A stretch of 64,000 bases of DNA, from positions 127,844,001-127,908,000 of the forward strand of contig OZ024740.1 of NCBI GenBank assembly GCA_964016885.1. Direction: 5' to 3'. A program made the translations under genes and the position numbers. Under the pieces are notes generated by a model, which was not told the origin of the DNA, did no database searches, and saw only the letters and a program-made list of their open reading frames with translations. Source of the stretch: Eledone cirrhosa. Taxonomy: Eukaryota. Below are positions 23,601 to 36,756 of the stretch, piece after piece. The first letter of the stretch is position 1, and each line of letters begins with the position of its first letter.

Positions 23601-26199
23601 ATACATACATATATACATATATACATACATATATACATACATATATACATACATACTTACATACATACATCTTTTCCTTTTTCTTGGTCTTGCTCGACTA
23701 GGCGGGAGACAAACATTCGAGGTCGATAAAAATGCACCAGTCTTGTACTAGAGTCGATTCTGCCTCTCTATATCTTTCTCGCTTACATTATTTCACTCCG
23801 CTTCCTCCTCGGGAGGAAATCTGCTGTATTCATAGATGGAAAAGAGATGGGTTCCGCCAGGTTTAACTATACCCTAAGGATCGTTGTATGTCAATATGGC
23901 AACCCTACGATTCCTCAGGAGATGCGGGACTGTGCCTGCATTGCATAGCAAGTGTTGAGTACTTCAGGTATTTGACAACTTTATCCCAATATTAATTTAG
24001 ATTCTACCTAGATTCAGTATTAGAATAATACCGATTTAATTTCTTCTTTCCTTCTGGCATCGATCATATATGTAGAGGCCATAAGGATATACAAATATAC
24101 TATAAATGTGTAGCCTCGTGATGTAATGATTTGAAGTATAATTATCATCAATAAAACTAGTTATATCTATATCCTTCCGTACTAATACGATGAAAAATAA
24201 GACTTGAACCAACATATTTTGAAGTACCAGAGGCAGTTATATTTTGTTTTCTGATATTCTAAATGATTTAATGGGGAATAGATAGAAGCTATTGAAAAAG
24301 TGTTAGAACAGCACGAAGGAGTTAAATAAATATTCATATACTAAACAAAGAAATTTCCAATTCAGTAGATTCAAGTTATTAATATATTTAAATGAATTTT
24401 AAAAAGGAAATATATGAAAATGTATTATACGCTAAAATAAAATAAAAAGTAATATTCAAAGTTTGATCATCGACATTGGGAGAGGAATTCATAAAAATTA
24501 ATCAAGTGTGAGACAACCGCAGGTGGACGAAAATTGACCTTAACCACCTTCAAGTGATTCTTAGGATAAAAAAATAAGCTTAAGAAACTTAAACCTAAAA
24601 TTGAATTGATTGTCGTCCCTTGATTTAATCTATAATAAAGCCAATACATTCCTACTTTATTATAATTCTAAAAGTGTAAAGGAAAATAATATCGATTACT
24701 TTCTATCATTCAAATCTAGATGATTAGAATGAACTTTTTTCCCTGTATCTGTTAGTGAAAACAAAACCTGTTTTTCAAACTCGTAAACTAAACAATATTA
24801 TCCATTCTGTCTGTAAATGAAGAACATAGGTAAAATACTCGGTAAATTAACAGCAAAATGATTGAAAATCTGCCTATTCAAGCTGGACTTTACAATCACT
24901 AAACTAATTCCGAGCCAATCATATTACGAGCGATTAACAAAAGCCCAAATGAAACCTATTTGAATAAAAATACACTACAATAAAGATAAAACGCCTCATA
25001 AGTTTTCACTGAAAGCAGACAATGAATAAAATTTAAAAAAAAAAGCTCATTTTATTGATCTGAAATAGAAGGTAAGGCGCCTCTAAACAATGTTTTCATA
25101 GATTTGAGGGAATATTTGCAACTATCTATGGCATACAATGAAACTAGCTTCACAAATATTCTGAAAAAGTTTAAAGTTTTCATTTCAGAGATATATAATA
25201 CAATTGAAGACGGTGGGTCAAGGGAAATTGTGAGGCACATAATACCTTTTAGCTTGTATCTTTCCTTTTTCTTTTAATTATTCTTTCTACGATTTGAATT
25301 GAAGTTTTGGAGTGTTAAATCTAAAGCAGGGACAAATATTTAAATTCGATTAAAAATATCATGTCACTAGCGATAAAATTGGACACGCAAAGAGAGATAT
25401 TAACGACATTATTACTGTGTATAAGATATTAGAAATTATTTAAATGTGACACATCTGAATAATTGAACAGAAAAGATGAAATAACAAAAGTGGCAATGTT
25501 GCTGAATAAATGCTGGAAAACATTTAGTTTCTATACTCTAAATTATACGTTCTAAAAGAAATCGAAGTCATTTCACAAAATAAGTACGATACAACTAATG
25601 GTTACGTCGAATACACATTTATTCTTCAATATGTGTATAGAAAATATCAACAAAAATATATATTCCTTTTCTTCTGGGAAGTAAAACTATGTGACGAAAG
25701 GTCTGTTAATAATGGAAGTATAATAAATAGATGACAGCATTTTCTTATTCAATTAGTCTCCAGAAAACACTCCAGCAATGTGGTATAGTCACAGCTTCCA
25801 TCTTTGAAGCTGTCAAAACTTACCAAAATTCACAATACGGTTAACTGCATTTCATTCCACCCACGCCATTTAAACCCTTTGGCAATGGCATGATTGTGGG
25901 ATTTTTCAGTACCTACTTAACCTATTAATAACACACAGAAATGAAGTGTATTTCACATGTTAGTTTAGATTGAAATAGGCCAGTTCCAAACAAAATGACG
26001 TAGGTTTTTCTCTACACTGAACTCTACACTGAACTTTGAAACCATCGGATTCATCTTCACTTTGTGAGGAAAAGAAAATCAATTACAATGGTTTAAACGT
26101 TTCTCTGCCTTTCAAAGATGTGTGCACTCGTATCTATATACGAAACTAATATTTATTACACACCTTCGTGATAAAGCTGATTGTACTTATAATATACAT

Positions 26200-26440
26200 A
26201 CATTCAATCCTGCTCTTAGCATTCTAAGTTGTGATCATGTAACTACTACCTCCGTGGTGGATGCATGTATTTCACAGTAGTAAAGGTTCATCAATACTCA
26301 CGTATGCTGCATGACAGACATATCCCGGTGGAAATAAGCAAGTGGTGACGAATTCTAACAATAGTGAAATGTATGCATCCACGGTTGAATTAGTTGTTAC
26401 ATGATTTCAGCTTACGATACTCAGACCGAGATTAAATTTA
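26200..26440. repeat. Imperfect fold-back (long hairpin / old MITE)
   Basis: taagttgtgatcatgtaac pairs with gttacatgatttcagctta; ggatgcatgtatttcac pairs with gtgaaatgtatgcatcc. Confidence 0.7.
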
Positions 26441-29400
26441 AGTTTAGTATACCATTCCTCGATTTTGAGGCAGCTATAATTTGTTGACAGCTTAAAATAT
26501 TCACAGCAATGCTAAATTTGCGTGTATTACATATTTGGTTTCATATACTACTATATTTTGATTAAATCCTAACCAGGCAGGCTTGCGCTCTGTGTAATTA
26601 AAACTTCACCAAATATTGCTTATTTACAAATATATTAGGCAGTATTTTATTTTATACCTCACCCTTTGTAAATAGTTGAGTGCGGATGTGTATTCACCGG
26701 ATTTACCACGAGGCAGTGGCAGATTTGACATGAGAAATGTGAGACTTAATGTACTTTTATTATGGTAAATATTTTATATGGGTTCATATTCACCTTCATT
26801 CTTAACCACTCTTAAGGACTTTCATATGTAATATAGAAGAGTGGGTAAGAAGTTCAATGTTTCTCTTTTTATATAAATCATAGGACATCTAAACCTTGCC
26901 AGGAATCAAAAGACTTCATTACGTACACTCCCCAATTCTGCTCACGTATTTAATGCAGCTTCACAATTATGCTACAACTTATCTGGAAGATTTATATCAT
27001 CATAGGTGTGTGTATTTACATCGCCTTTCTATCACTTCAGTATCCAATCGTCTTTAGTATCTTTATTTCAAATTGAAACTAAGGAAATGTACATATTCAA
27101 CATATTCATAAGCCACTTTCCAGTGGTTGGCTATCGAACCCTAAACATAGATATTTTAAATATACACTGTAAATATGAGGTTTATTGTACAACAAGTCAT
27201 ATTAAATATCAAGACGTTTCTTATTCTTTTATTCGAGCTTATTTAAGCTTGCCAAGTAAATGTCGAAATTATCAAAAGTACGCATTATTTCTGCAGTGCC
27301 TTTTCTCAAGTAGACAGATAAACACAAGATATTTCTAGTAATAATATTTGTATACTTCTAAGCAAAATAAGCAAAGATTGTCGCGTGGGAAAATACGCTT
27401 TCAAATGCCTGTAAGATAAACAGCTACGTCATTTGCTAAGTTACCCATGCTAAAATATTCGCAGAATACTTGCATATTCTCAATGATGGATATTTGAATA
27501 ATGCCTCGGTATGCTTTCTTTTCCTTTAGCAAGTGCAATTACCTCTCACACATCTATGACACACTTCTATTTCCATTATGTTATATACTTCATTCTTTGA
27601 TTCTCTGCTTTCTTGGTGAAACAGTTTAGATTGATTGTGTATATCGTCTATATTAGATTCGGATTTTGAATTGTCATAAACTTGATTCCATAAAACAGTT
27701 TTCATTTTATTTTTACCATATATTTATTTAATTTGATGCATTTATATTTCAATAATTATGGTCTCATCCATCATTATGATCGAAATAGTTTCCTTTCTCC
27801 GAGATTATCTTCAAATTGTAGTATTCATAAAATAACAATTCTATAAAGTATGACACGAACTTTTATTCTGGAGTACATTAACAATAGAACACAAGAAGAA
27901 TTACACATAATCGAAATGTGTTACATAAGTGTTGTGGTAAAGACTTTAATGTATATAAATATAAATATTCTTCAAATCTAAGAGACTTAATAAAGTAATA
28001 GATAAATACAAACAAACATCTTACACCATTCATCATTTGTATTTTGGAGCACTTAAAATATTTGGCATCACCATTAGGATTCAAGTATACACTGAGCAGA
28101 CGAAATGGTTGTTCACGTTTAGCTCTAGGTCAGTGCTAGTTCGATAGATCTATAAACAAAGCCGCTCCATATGTGACCAATTAGAATTTGTTTTTAATAT
28201 AATGCAAATTAGGGTTCATTATCTAATTTGCAATCATCTGCTTAAGATGGTTATGCAAAAGAAGTTTAGTTGCTATTTCTAGGATATACAATTAACTCAT
28301 AAAAACGTGGTTGGTGGCTGGTAATAATATTATTTTATAATATTGATTTTGAATACGTATCTACTGTTAATCTAAAACCGACAATACTCTTCAGATTTAG
28401 GTTAGCGATTAAACATAACCACTGTCACATTGAATTTCCTCCTGGACATTACACCTCACGTAATCAATTAATTATTTTTGGGGTAAAATGCTGCTGCTTC
28501 AGTAACAGCACTGTATATTTGGTAAAAGGCCGAAGAAGTCGGGAAAAATCAAAGACTAACCTCTGTCTACGCTAGACTTAGGATTGCAGCTCAGATACAC
28601 AGACGTGTTATACGAAATATATGATAAACAACAAATATACTTGCTTACTGCCTAGAAATCTCTACATAAACCGCTGTCTTAGGACATTTCTCATCGTCAT
28701 GAGGCCAATGTCTTAGCAAGTTTGTAGATTTTCTGTTCAAAAATACTTTTTATTTCAAAAATAAAAAAAGTAAAATATATATCGTTCCAGTTTTCTCCGT
28801 TATCTTTCGAGGTGAGATTTAGTGGTAATTTAGATACAACATAAAGGAAGCGATGTAGGCATCCGACGGCTTCACACCAACTCTGCTGAGAAGATTCTTC
28901 TTAGCCCATTTCGAATTGCAATTAGCATTCTTCGGCTCACTTCGACCTGCATCTATAACACATGGGAATCTGAGCAGAACCAAACTCGATCGCCACTTTT
29001 TTAAAGATTACAGCCAATTTTGATGAGTCTTACTGCGTCATCTGAGTATTCAAAAGTGTCTTTACTACATTTATATTTTAGAGTTATATTTATATAACAC
29101 ACACGTATAACCTGAAACAATCGGTGGGAAATCTGCGTCCGAAAAACAAGCTAATTTCAGGAGTTAGATTATTAAAACCCACAAATATATCAGACAAAAA
29201 TAGAATACTTAATCGATAAAATACACAGTGAAAGACAACGAACCTAAGCAAACGGCAAATTAAAATGAAAAACAATTCAGATTATAAACATTGAAAACAT
29301 AGAATGCGAATAGACATAATGCCAGTTAAACAAAGAAAAGAAACACAACGGAATTAAACTTGCATTGAACCCACAGAATATCAATTAACAGTATCGAACC

Positions 29401-30129
29401 AAAAGTACATAAAAAATATATTAGCAAGAGTCAATTTGAAATAGTAAGTTCCTAAACATTTACAATTCATTCTGATCTTTTTTCGTTCCTGAACAGCTCC
29501 ATACCGTTTGGATCACCATAAACTTCAAACAGTTCGTCGAGCGTGCACCTATTCGTGACGGAATACTAGCCATTTTGTTACTTCCTTTATCTTAATTTAC
29601 TAGTTTCGCATTCTTCTCCAATCTCCATGGGCTTGCACCAATGAGCTAGTGGTGCTATTGGCGGTGAAGCTAACACTGATTCTATATCTCAATATTCGTT
29701 TTTGATTAATATTGGACCGAGAACAATGTGACCACCGGCCATCTTTTTAACTTCTGGGGACGGCTGGTTTTGGTGATGCTTTCCACTTTCAAGATTTTTC
29801 ATTTTAACTCAAGAGGTAGAGATCGGACCAACTATGGCTAGCCATTTTATCTCACGTTCAAAAGATTCTGCCAATCCGACGCGCAATAATAATAATAATA
29901 ATAATATTAATAATAATATTAATAATAATAATAATAATGTTTTCTTTATTAACCACAAGGGTTTACATAAAGTAGACATTAAGGACAGTACAGGACAATA
30001 CAGGACGGTACAAATGGGCATTTCTGCGTGTAAAAAAAACGGAGGTTGAAATAAAATAACAAAGAAAAATTCCCCAATAGGGGGGAGACTTCCGAGGGCC
30101 ATTTGTGGAGAAAGCCCATTAAAAGACCA

Positions 30130-33100
30130 CAGTGGCCCTGACCACCAGGGCAAGTGCCCTCTCCCAGTTTTCCACCTTTAATTTACAGACACATACTCAG
30201 AGAAGGCCCATTCATTCGGGCCATACTTGCTTCTCTCACCCATCTTTCAACAAAATGCTGGGAAGAGAGCACTTCCCTCTCTACCCTGATTTTCCTTTTC
30301 AAATGAAATTTGAAAAAGTTAATCAGGGCATCACCGAAGAGGTAAGTGCTCGTCTTCAGCCCTTTCAAACGTGTCCACCATACTATCTCTTTAGCCATGG
30401 CCACCAGACAGATAAAAACTGCCTGCCCTTCCCGGCTAAAGGAAAGGGGCGGGGCAATCCTCACGATGGACTCAGCTGATAGCTGGATCCGTCCTACACG
30501 TGACAGCAGGTGTTCGACATAAACCCACAAGTCAGCAATGCTCGGACACTGGACGAGTGCGTGCAGGACGGTTTCGTGGCCCTGCGCTCATCTCGGGGGC
30601 CCGGCTGACGGCACCTCCATGCCTGTAGAGTTTATGCCGAACTGGCAAAGCTCCCCGGTAGCACTGCCAGGCCAGGGATTTCTGGAAGTTGTCCATAGGC
30701 CCCGGCCCTAAAGTCCGTCCTAAGAGATTGGCTAGTTGATTTTCGTCGACGCCTAGAGTTTCTCCAAGTACGACGTCGCTCTTCCCCTCCACTAATCATC
30801 AGCCACGCATCATCAGCCACGGCATGCCCAGCCCTCCACGTAGCGGGTGTTGACAGCAGATGGACCGCCTGACCATCGGAGCGCGTCCCTTCCACAAGAA
30901 GCGAAAGAGCAAACGCTCCAGCGCAGTCAGGCGGGGCTTAGGACAAGGTACGACGGTCAGGCGGTAGTAGATGACGGACGCGATGTACGCGTTAGCCACC
31001 TCCGCTCGACCTTTCAGGGATAGCTTCCTCTCCGCCCATTTCTGGGGTGAGAGAAGCCACCCTGCTCGTCACCTCGTCCCAGTTTTTGTCAGTCTGAAGG
31101 CCCGGACCGAACCAGACCCCTAGCAATTTAACCGGTCCGTCCGTCCAGCGCACGACGTGGCTGTTGGACGGCATGGACCTGCCTCACCAGGTGCCGAGCT
31201 GCAGGCCCACTGACTTTTCCTGGTTGATCATTACTCCTGTCACCGCTTCGTATTATCTTAGTGTAGTGCCGTTCACCTCGATGTGTTTGGCGTTCGACAC
31301 CACTACGGTGACATCGTCGGCATATGCTGACACGGATCTTCCGCATCCTAGTTCGCGCGGGACCCCCTCAACATCTCCAGTTTGTGCAGTAATGGCTCGA
31401 GAGTCAATACGTACAAGAGGGACGGGAGGGGATATCCTTGGCCGACCGAGCGCATGATGCTGAACGGTTCCGAAAGGTGACCGTTCACCACAGAGCAGAT
31501 GTCGCTGTGAATGGCAGCGATCCAGCCTCTGAAGACGGGCCCAAAGCCAGCCGCACTCAGGACTGCCGCTACGTAACGATGGTCGACCCTATCGAAAGCT
31601 TTCGACTGATCTAAATTTATCAAAGACCCACCCGTGCCAGGCTCCCTAGCTACCCTCTCTACGATGTATCGCATGAGGTGGAGGTTGTCGTGGATGGATC
31701 TGTCGGGAATGGCGCATGTCTGCGCCTCTCCCACCAGACCACCAACGACAAGCGCCAACCTCTTTGCTAGCACCTTGGCCAAAATCTTGAACTCTGTGTT
31801 TAGCAGAGTTATGGGCCTAAAATTATCTATGTTATCCCCCTTGTTCGGATCCTTTCTCAGCAGCGCCACCGCTCCTCGGCTCACAGAGCTGGGAATTCTG
31901 GCGTTCTGTTGCCAGTTGCAGTAGACGCCCGCCAAGAGGCCGCCGAACAAGTCTGGCATTTATACGTAAAGTTCATAGGGCAGACCATCCAAACCAGGTG
32001 ATTTACCCCTTGTGCAGCCAGTCATTTCCTCCTGTACTTCAGCGGCTGTTATCGGCTTTTCGCAACAGTCCGCCTCAGTGGCCGAGAGCCGCGGCAGTCC
32101 GTCGAGGTAGACACTAAAGTCCATCCCTCGATCCGATCCACTAAAGACCGCATCGTTGCTTTGTTGCCACGACGCGCCACCGCCACTCGGTCCCATTGAA
32201 CGGCTTTCGTCCCCTCGTGTCTAAGTGCACGCACCCTAGCTCTGACAACGCAGCCTTTTGTGCTTTGCATTGAAGAATTGGTCAAGGGCCAATTTAGCCG
32301 CAAGTACGTCGGTCGCGATGCCTTTGCTAAGCGCCTCGTCTAATTTTCTAACTAGTTCTCCCTCTGCTCTATTTTTCTCTACTAAACCGAATGGATTCTA
32401 TTCTTATCGCTCTTTTCAGAGCAAACCACCACTTGTTGTTGACGATGGCCCCCGCCAACGCCCGCTTTACTAGTTCGCTAATCCGGTCTCTGTAGGCCTT
32501 GCGCGCTGGTAATGACGCTTTTAGATTCCAGTACCCGGGTCCTCGTCTATGAAGCCTATCTAAGTCAAGCACACAGATCACGAATTTGTGGTCCGTGTAG
32601 CTGACTATCTTGAATTGTGGACAGCCTATGCTAGACCTATCTATTTCCCTACAAAATGCTCTATCTAGATATGACCTGGATGACCCTGTGCGATTTCTCC
32701 AAGTCCACATTGGCACATTCGGGAAATCCAATCGGTACCTGTCAGACAGTTCAAAACGCCTGAGCAGGTTGGTGAGGCTCTCGCACCCTCCACCCCTATC
32801 CGTTAATCCCACACAGTCCCAGCGTGCATCTAAGATCGCGTTCCAGTCGTCCACTAACACTTTAAAGCGGGACGTTCCAAGAAAGGTCTCAATCGCCGGA
32901 AGACATCAGGCCGCCCTGCTCCTGTCGCGGCATAGACGGCCAATAGCCTGAAAGCTTGCCCGTCTCCGCTGGTCACGTCCAGCACCACCAACTTACTCTC
33001 TGGGTCCAGGAAGATGGCCCGTATGGCGAGATCCAAACCACTCCGAAAAAGCACAGCAACTCGTCCCCCCGATCCAGGACGGCTGGGAGATGCGTACACA

Positions 33101-33267
33101 TCATAGCCGCCGAAGATCGGTGCGAAGGCCCGTGCTTCGGAGATTCTGGTCTCGCTGATGGCCACTACATCTATGTTTAGTGACCTGAGGTCGTTGAGCA
33201 GGTGACCCTGCTTCCATGACGACCCCAATCCACGCGCATTTATGCTGCCTATTCTGAGTGAGGTCAT
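30130..33267 (-). pseudogene. Tx1-like ORF2 (APE endonuclease + RT), frameshifted
   Basis: GSINARGL..SET, DWNA, SYLDR..TDH, GYWNL, KSPGLDGLPYE, NFRPITLLN, NLDQSKAFDRV, QGYPL, SAYADD, KLLGVWF. Confidence 0.9.
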
Positions 33268-33336
33268 GTTTAAAATGGAGTGGAAAAGATGGGAAAGACC
33301 ACTTACCGTACTTTTCGTAGAGGAAGGATGGTTTAT

Positions 33337-34870
33337 TCATCCCTTTTCACTTGATCGTCTGGTGAAGGGACCGTGAGAATCGTCCCTTCGGCTGGTCGTC
33401 CGCTCTTCTATGAGTAGGTCCGAATATACTCTCCGGTTGAGAGTCCCTCCTAGGTCTCTGAAATCACCAACTGCGTCGGGGAATTTCATTTTAATCTTTG
33501 TGTATTGTTTCTGTGCTATTTTTACCAGTCTTATGTTCGTTGGCGTTTTGATTGGTGCTGGTATTATGTAGTCGTGCTGTGAAATGTCTGTGTGTTCAAT
33601 TATGTAAGTCATTAGTTTCTTGCTGTGTGTATTTATTACCGTGCATTTGTTTTTCTGGAGGTGGGGTGTGGTTCTGCTATTTTCTTGTCGTTGTTGCTGG
33701 GTGTGTGTGTTTTGTTGTTGTGTTTGCGATGTTGGTGTTTGTGGTGGTGGTGTTGAAGGTGTTGATGTTGTTGTCGGTGGGGTTGTCACCGGTGGTTATG
33801 GTGGTGCTAGTGTGGGTGGTGATGGTTTTGGTGGTGTTGCTGCTGTGAGTCTCTTTGCAATAGCCTTTACCCTTTTTTCAGTTATTTCCTCCCTTTTCGA
33901 AGACGACGATACGCTGCGTCTACGTTTGTGCCTTCTTACGACCTTTTGCCATCCCTCTCCCACCTCACACTCCATGTCTGATTCTGTGAGGTCGGGGAGG
34001 GGTACCAGCTCCACTCTTTCACTTGTTGTTGTTGGTGATGTTTGCAGTGGAGTCTCTGTTGCAGCTGCATTTGGTATTACTGTTGTTGTTGTTAATACTT
34101 CCACTGCTGCTGCTGTTCTTGATTTCCGTGGCGTGGGTATGGGTGCCACGGACCTATCGTTCCTGGATGCCGCTTGTCCTGTTGCTGGTAGCCGTGGAGC
34201 TGTTGGGTTTCGAAAAGTTTTCGGCTGCCTTGCAGATTGCTCTGTGTCCGGTTTTTGTCACTATCTTCTTCGCCACCTGTAATTCCTCATTTGTTATGAG
34301 GATGGTTTCCAGGTTCTTTGCGTTACTTGCAAATGAGATTGGTTTTTCTTTGCTGCTGTTGTTGTCGTTTTTGTTGTTGTCGTCAGAGCTGCTGTTACAT
34401 TTGTTGTTGCTGCAGGTACTACGACTACTGCCGCTGCCGCTGCTGCTGCTGTTGTTGTTTCTGTTGCTGCTAATGCTGTTGTTGATTATGCTGCTACTGA
34501 TGCTGTTTCAGCTGCTACTGTTGTTTTCCTTGTCAATGTTGCTGCTGCTGCTATTATTACGGCTGCTACTGCTATTATTCAGGACGTCAGACGAATGAAA
34601 TGAGTTTTCGTATTTACCGCACACCTTTTTCGTCATTTTCGTCGTCGTGGAGAAATTTTCCATTATTTTCACGTGATTTTTCTTTACTGCCGTCGTTTGC
34701 GAAAGAGAAGGGAGGGAGATAGACACATTTAGAGAAGGGAGGGAGAGATACAATCTTCTCTCTGCTGTAGTGACGATTGGGGAAGAAGAAGACAGAATGA
34801 GTGGGAGTGACCTATGAAAATTCTTTTTCGTAGCCATGTTTTTATTGTTTAAAATAAATATTGGGCACAA
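33337..34870 (-). pseudogene. Probable low-complexity ORF1 remnant of the Tx1-like element
   Basis: Thr/Pro/Ser/Gln-rich broken ORFs with GWQKVVRRHKRRR directly upstream of the APE. Confidence 0.55.
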
Positions 34871-35056
34871 AACCCCAATAAGCGTTTATTTAACCCCGAA
34901 GGTCCAAATAACGGGCATAAAGACCCCTCTCACGAGGAGGGGGGGGGGGGTGTTTTTGTCTACAATTTGGTTAAAGTTTTAAACAATTTACAATTGTTAT
35001 AGCGGTCAAAATTTACAATACGTTACAGAGCCGAGCCTCCGTCAACCATGGCATGC

Positions 35057-35103
<47 letters not shown>

Positions 35104-35105
<2 letters not shown>

Positions 35106-36050
35106 GAAGAAGACGCACGTGGTGGATAGAAGGTCATGAAATCGCTCCCGTAAGTTTTTGATTTTTAACATATTTAAATCAATTGTGAAATAACAATTCT
35201 TAGTACAAATGATACATAAAGCACCAGACTCAAGTCTCAGAAAATTCGGATCCATAATATCCTGTTATATCGCTCAAATATTTAATTTTGTATTATACAT
35301 TTTATATTCCAAAAAGAAAATGGTTATAAATGGAAGAAAACCCCCTCTGTCTACACTATATAGAACAGCCAACTAACAGCAATTTCACCAACACCACAAA
35401 CTAGATACACCACCTATCCCATCACCCCTCTGTGTACACTAAATACAACAGCCAGATAAGGGAAAGTTCACCACCACCACCACCACCAATCCCAGCATAA
35501 TAATAATAATTACTATTATAATTTATTTTATCGAATAATTACTATTATTATTGTCTCAAGTTTTCACAAAATGTTTAATTCCAATATTAAGAGAATATGT
35601 CAACACATATATTAAACATACGCGACAAACGCATAGATACACAGATCAAACAAAACTAGTCTATTCAACAAAACTCAGTAACGACAACGCCATCACTATA
35701 GTCACCGCCGCCACCACTCCATCCATCATTGCTACAACTATCCCATCACTGCTACCACCACTATTCCTCCATTATCTTCTGTTAACTTAAGAAAGGGGAA
35801 GGTGGCGGTATCACTAGACAAGGGAGAGGCTAGCAAAAGATATAAATAGATTGACTTAGTGACCCGGCTACCGGCCAAACGTCAATTACTATAGCACTGC
35901 TGGCTCTCCCCTCCCTCACCAACAATAGAAAAAGCCCCAGTACCACCACCAACATAGCCAACAACAATAGCAGGCAACTTCAGCAAAAAGTATATTATAT
36001 TATTAATAATTTCATTCTTAAGCCACGCAATGCTCACATTAAGGAACCAC
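35104..36050 (+). mobile_element. 5' end / 5'UTR of R4/Dong-like element
   Basis: Starts ggaagaagacgcacg after (TAA)n; homologous to 61576-62100 and inverted to ~38950-39525. Confidence 0.8.
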
Positions 36051-36089
36051 TCATGATAATAACAATTTAAAAAAACAACAAAAAAGAAA

Positions 36090-36756
36090 ACCCCGTGACC
36101 AAGAAATACCGGGATGGCGGCCGGCGGGGAATAGCCTGTCTCTAGGGGAGGACGACCCCTCTATTCTTGGTTGACACTCGTCCTAGAAGTGGTAACACGA
36201 AATGATTACCCCTTGGCGGATAAGGATAAAACGCGACAAAATAAAGTAAATGTCTAAGGATAAAATCTCATACCGGATCGGCCGTCACTCGGGTCAAAGA
36301 GGGCCGCGTCCCTCAGAGAGCAACCAGACTGGGGTCGAAAAATCAGCTAATGGTCCAAACCTTCCCATCACTTCGGAGCTTGAAACCTCCCATAACCGGA
36401 TACTCCTACTGTTAGCCCTCCATGCTCATCACCAAGAAATCCGAAGAAAAAGAGAGAAAAATGGTTAAGGGAAGATAATAAAGAAGTCCTTGAGGCTTTC
36501 TACACTGTCATGTACTACCCATCAAATACATCGAATACAGAACAGACATATATCAACTGGAAAAAGAAATATCCCGAAAACAGAGGCTATATTGAGAGTA
36601 ACACACTAGCCAATATACGAAGAAATATTGTAGAAAAAAGTTACTAACTGATATAAAATTGATCAGATCAAGCTATTAGCACAAAGTCAGCGAAGGGAAA
36701 ATGAAACATGTGTCAGTGAAAACAAGGTAAATTGTAACACTTCGAATCCCAGGGTT
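36090..36756 (+). mobile_element. 5' fragment of a second RLE (R4/Dong-type) family with a structured leader
   Basis: Translation KKREKWLREDNKEVLEAFY..YP..TYINW..N.LANIRRNIVEK resembles the N-terminal domain of R4/Dong ORFs. Confidence 0.55.

Larger units (their letters stand above)
29939..35057 (-). mobile_element. Near full-length decayed Tx1/L1-clade non-LTR retrotransposon between (TAA)n tracts
   Basis: ORF1 remnants, APE, RT, AATAAA just before the (ATT)n tail; (TAA)n at 29886-29938 and 35058-35102. Confidence 0.88.

Noticed and set aside
29460-29810. Minus-strand host coding segment (MKNLESGK...)
   Set aside because: Interrupted by stops, no recognisable family, adjacent to a SINE-like head
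33552-34598. Plus-strand hydrophobic ORFs (220 aa, 191 aa)
   Set aside because: Antisense shadows of the low-complexity Tx1 ORF1 region
34920-34960. HDV-like ribozyme at the Tx1 5' end (tcctcgt on the minus strand)
   Set aside because: Could not build P1, P2, P3 and J4/2 around it
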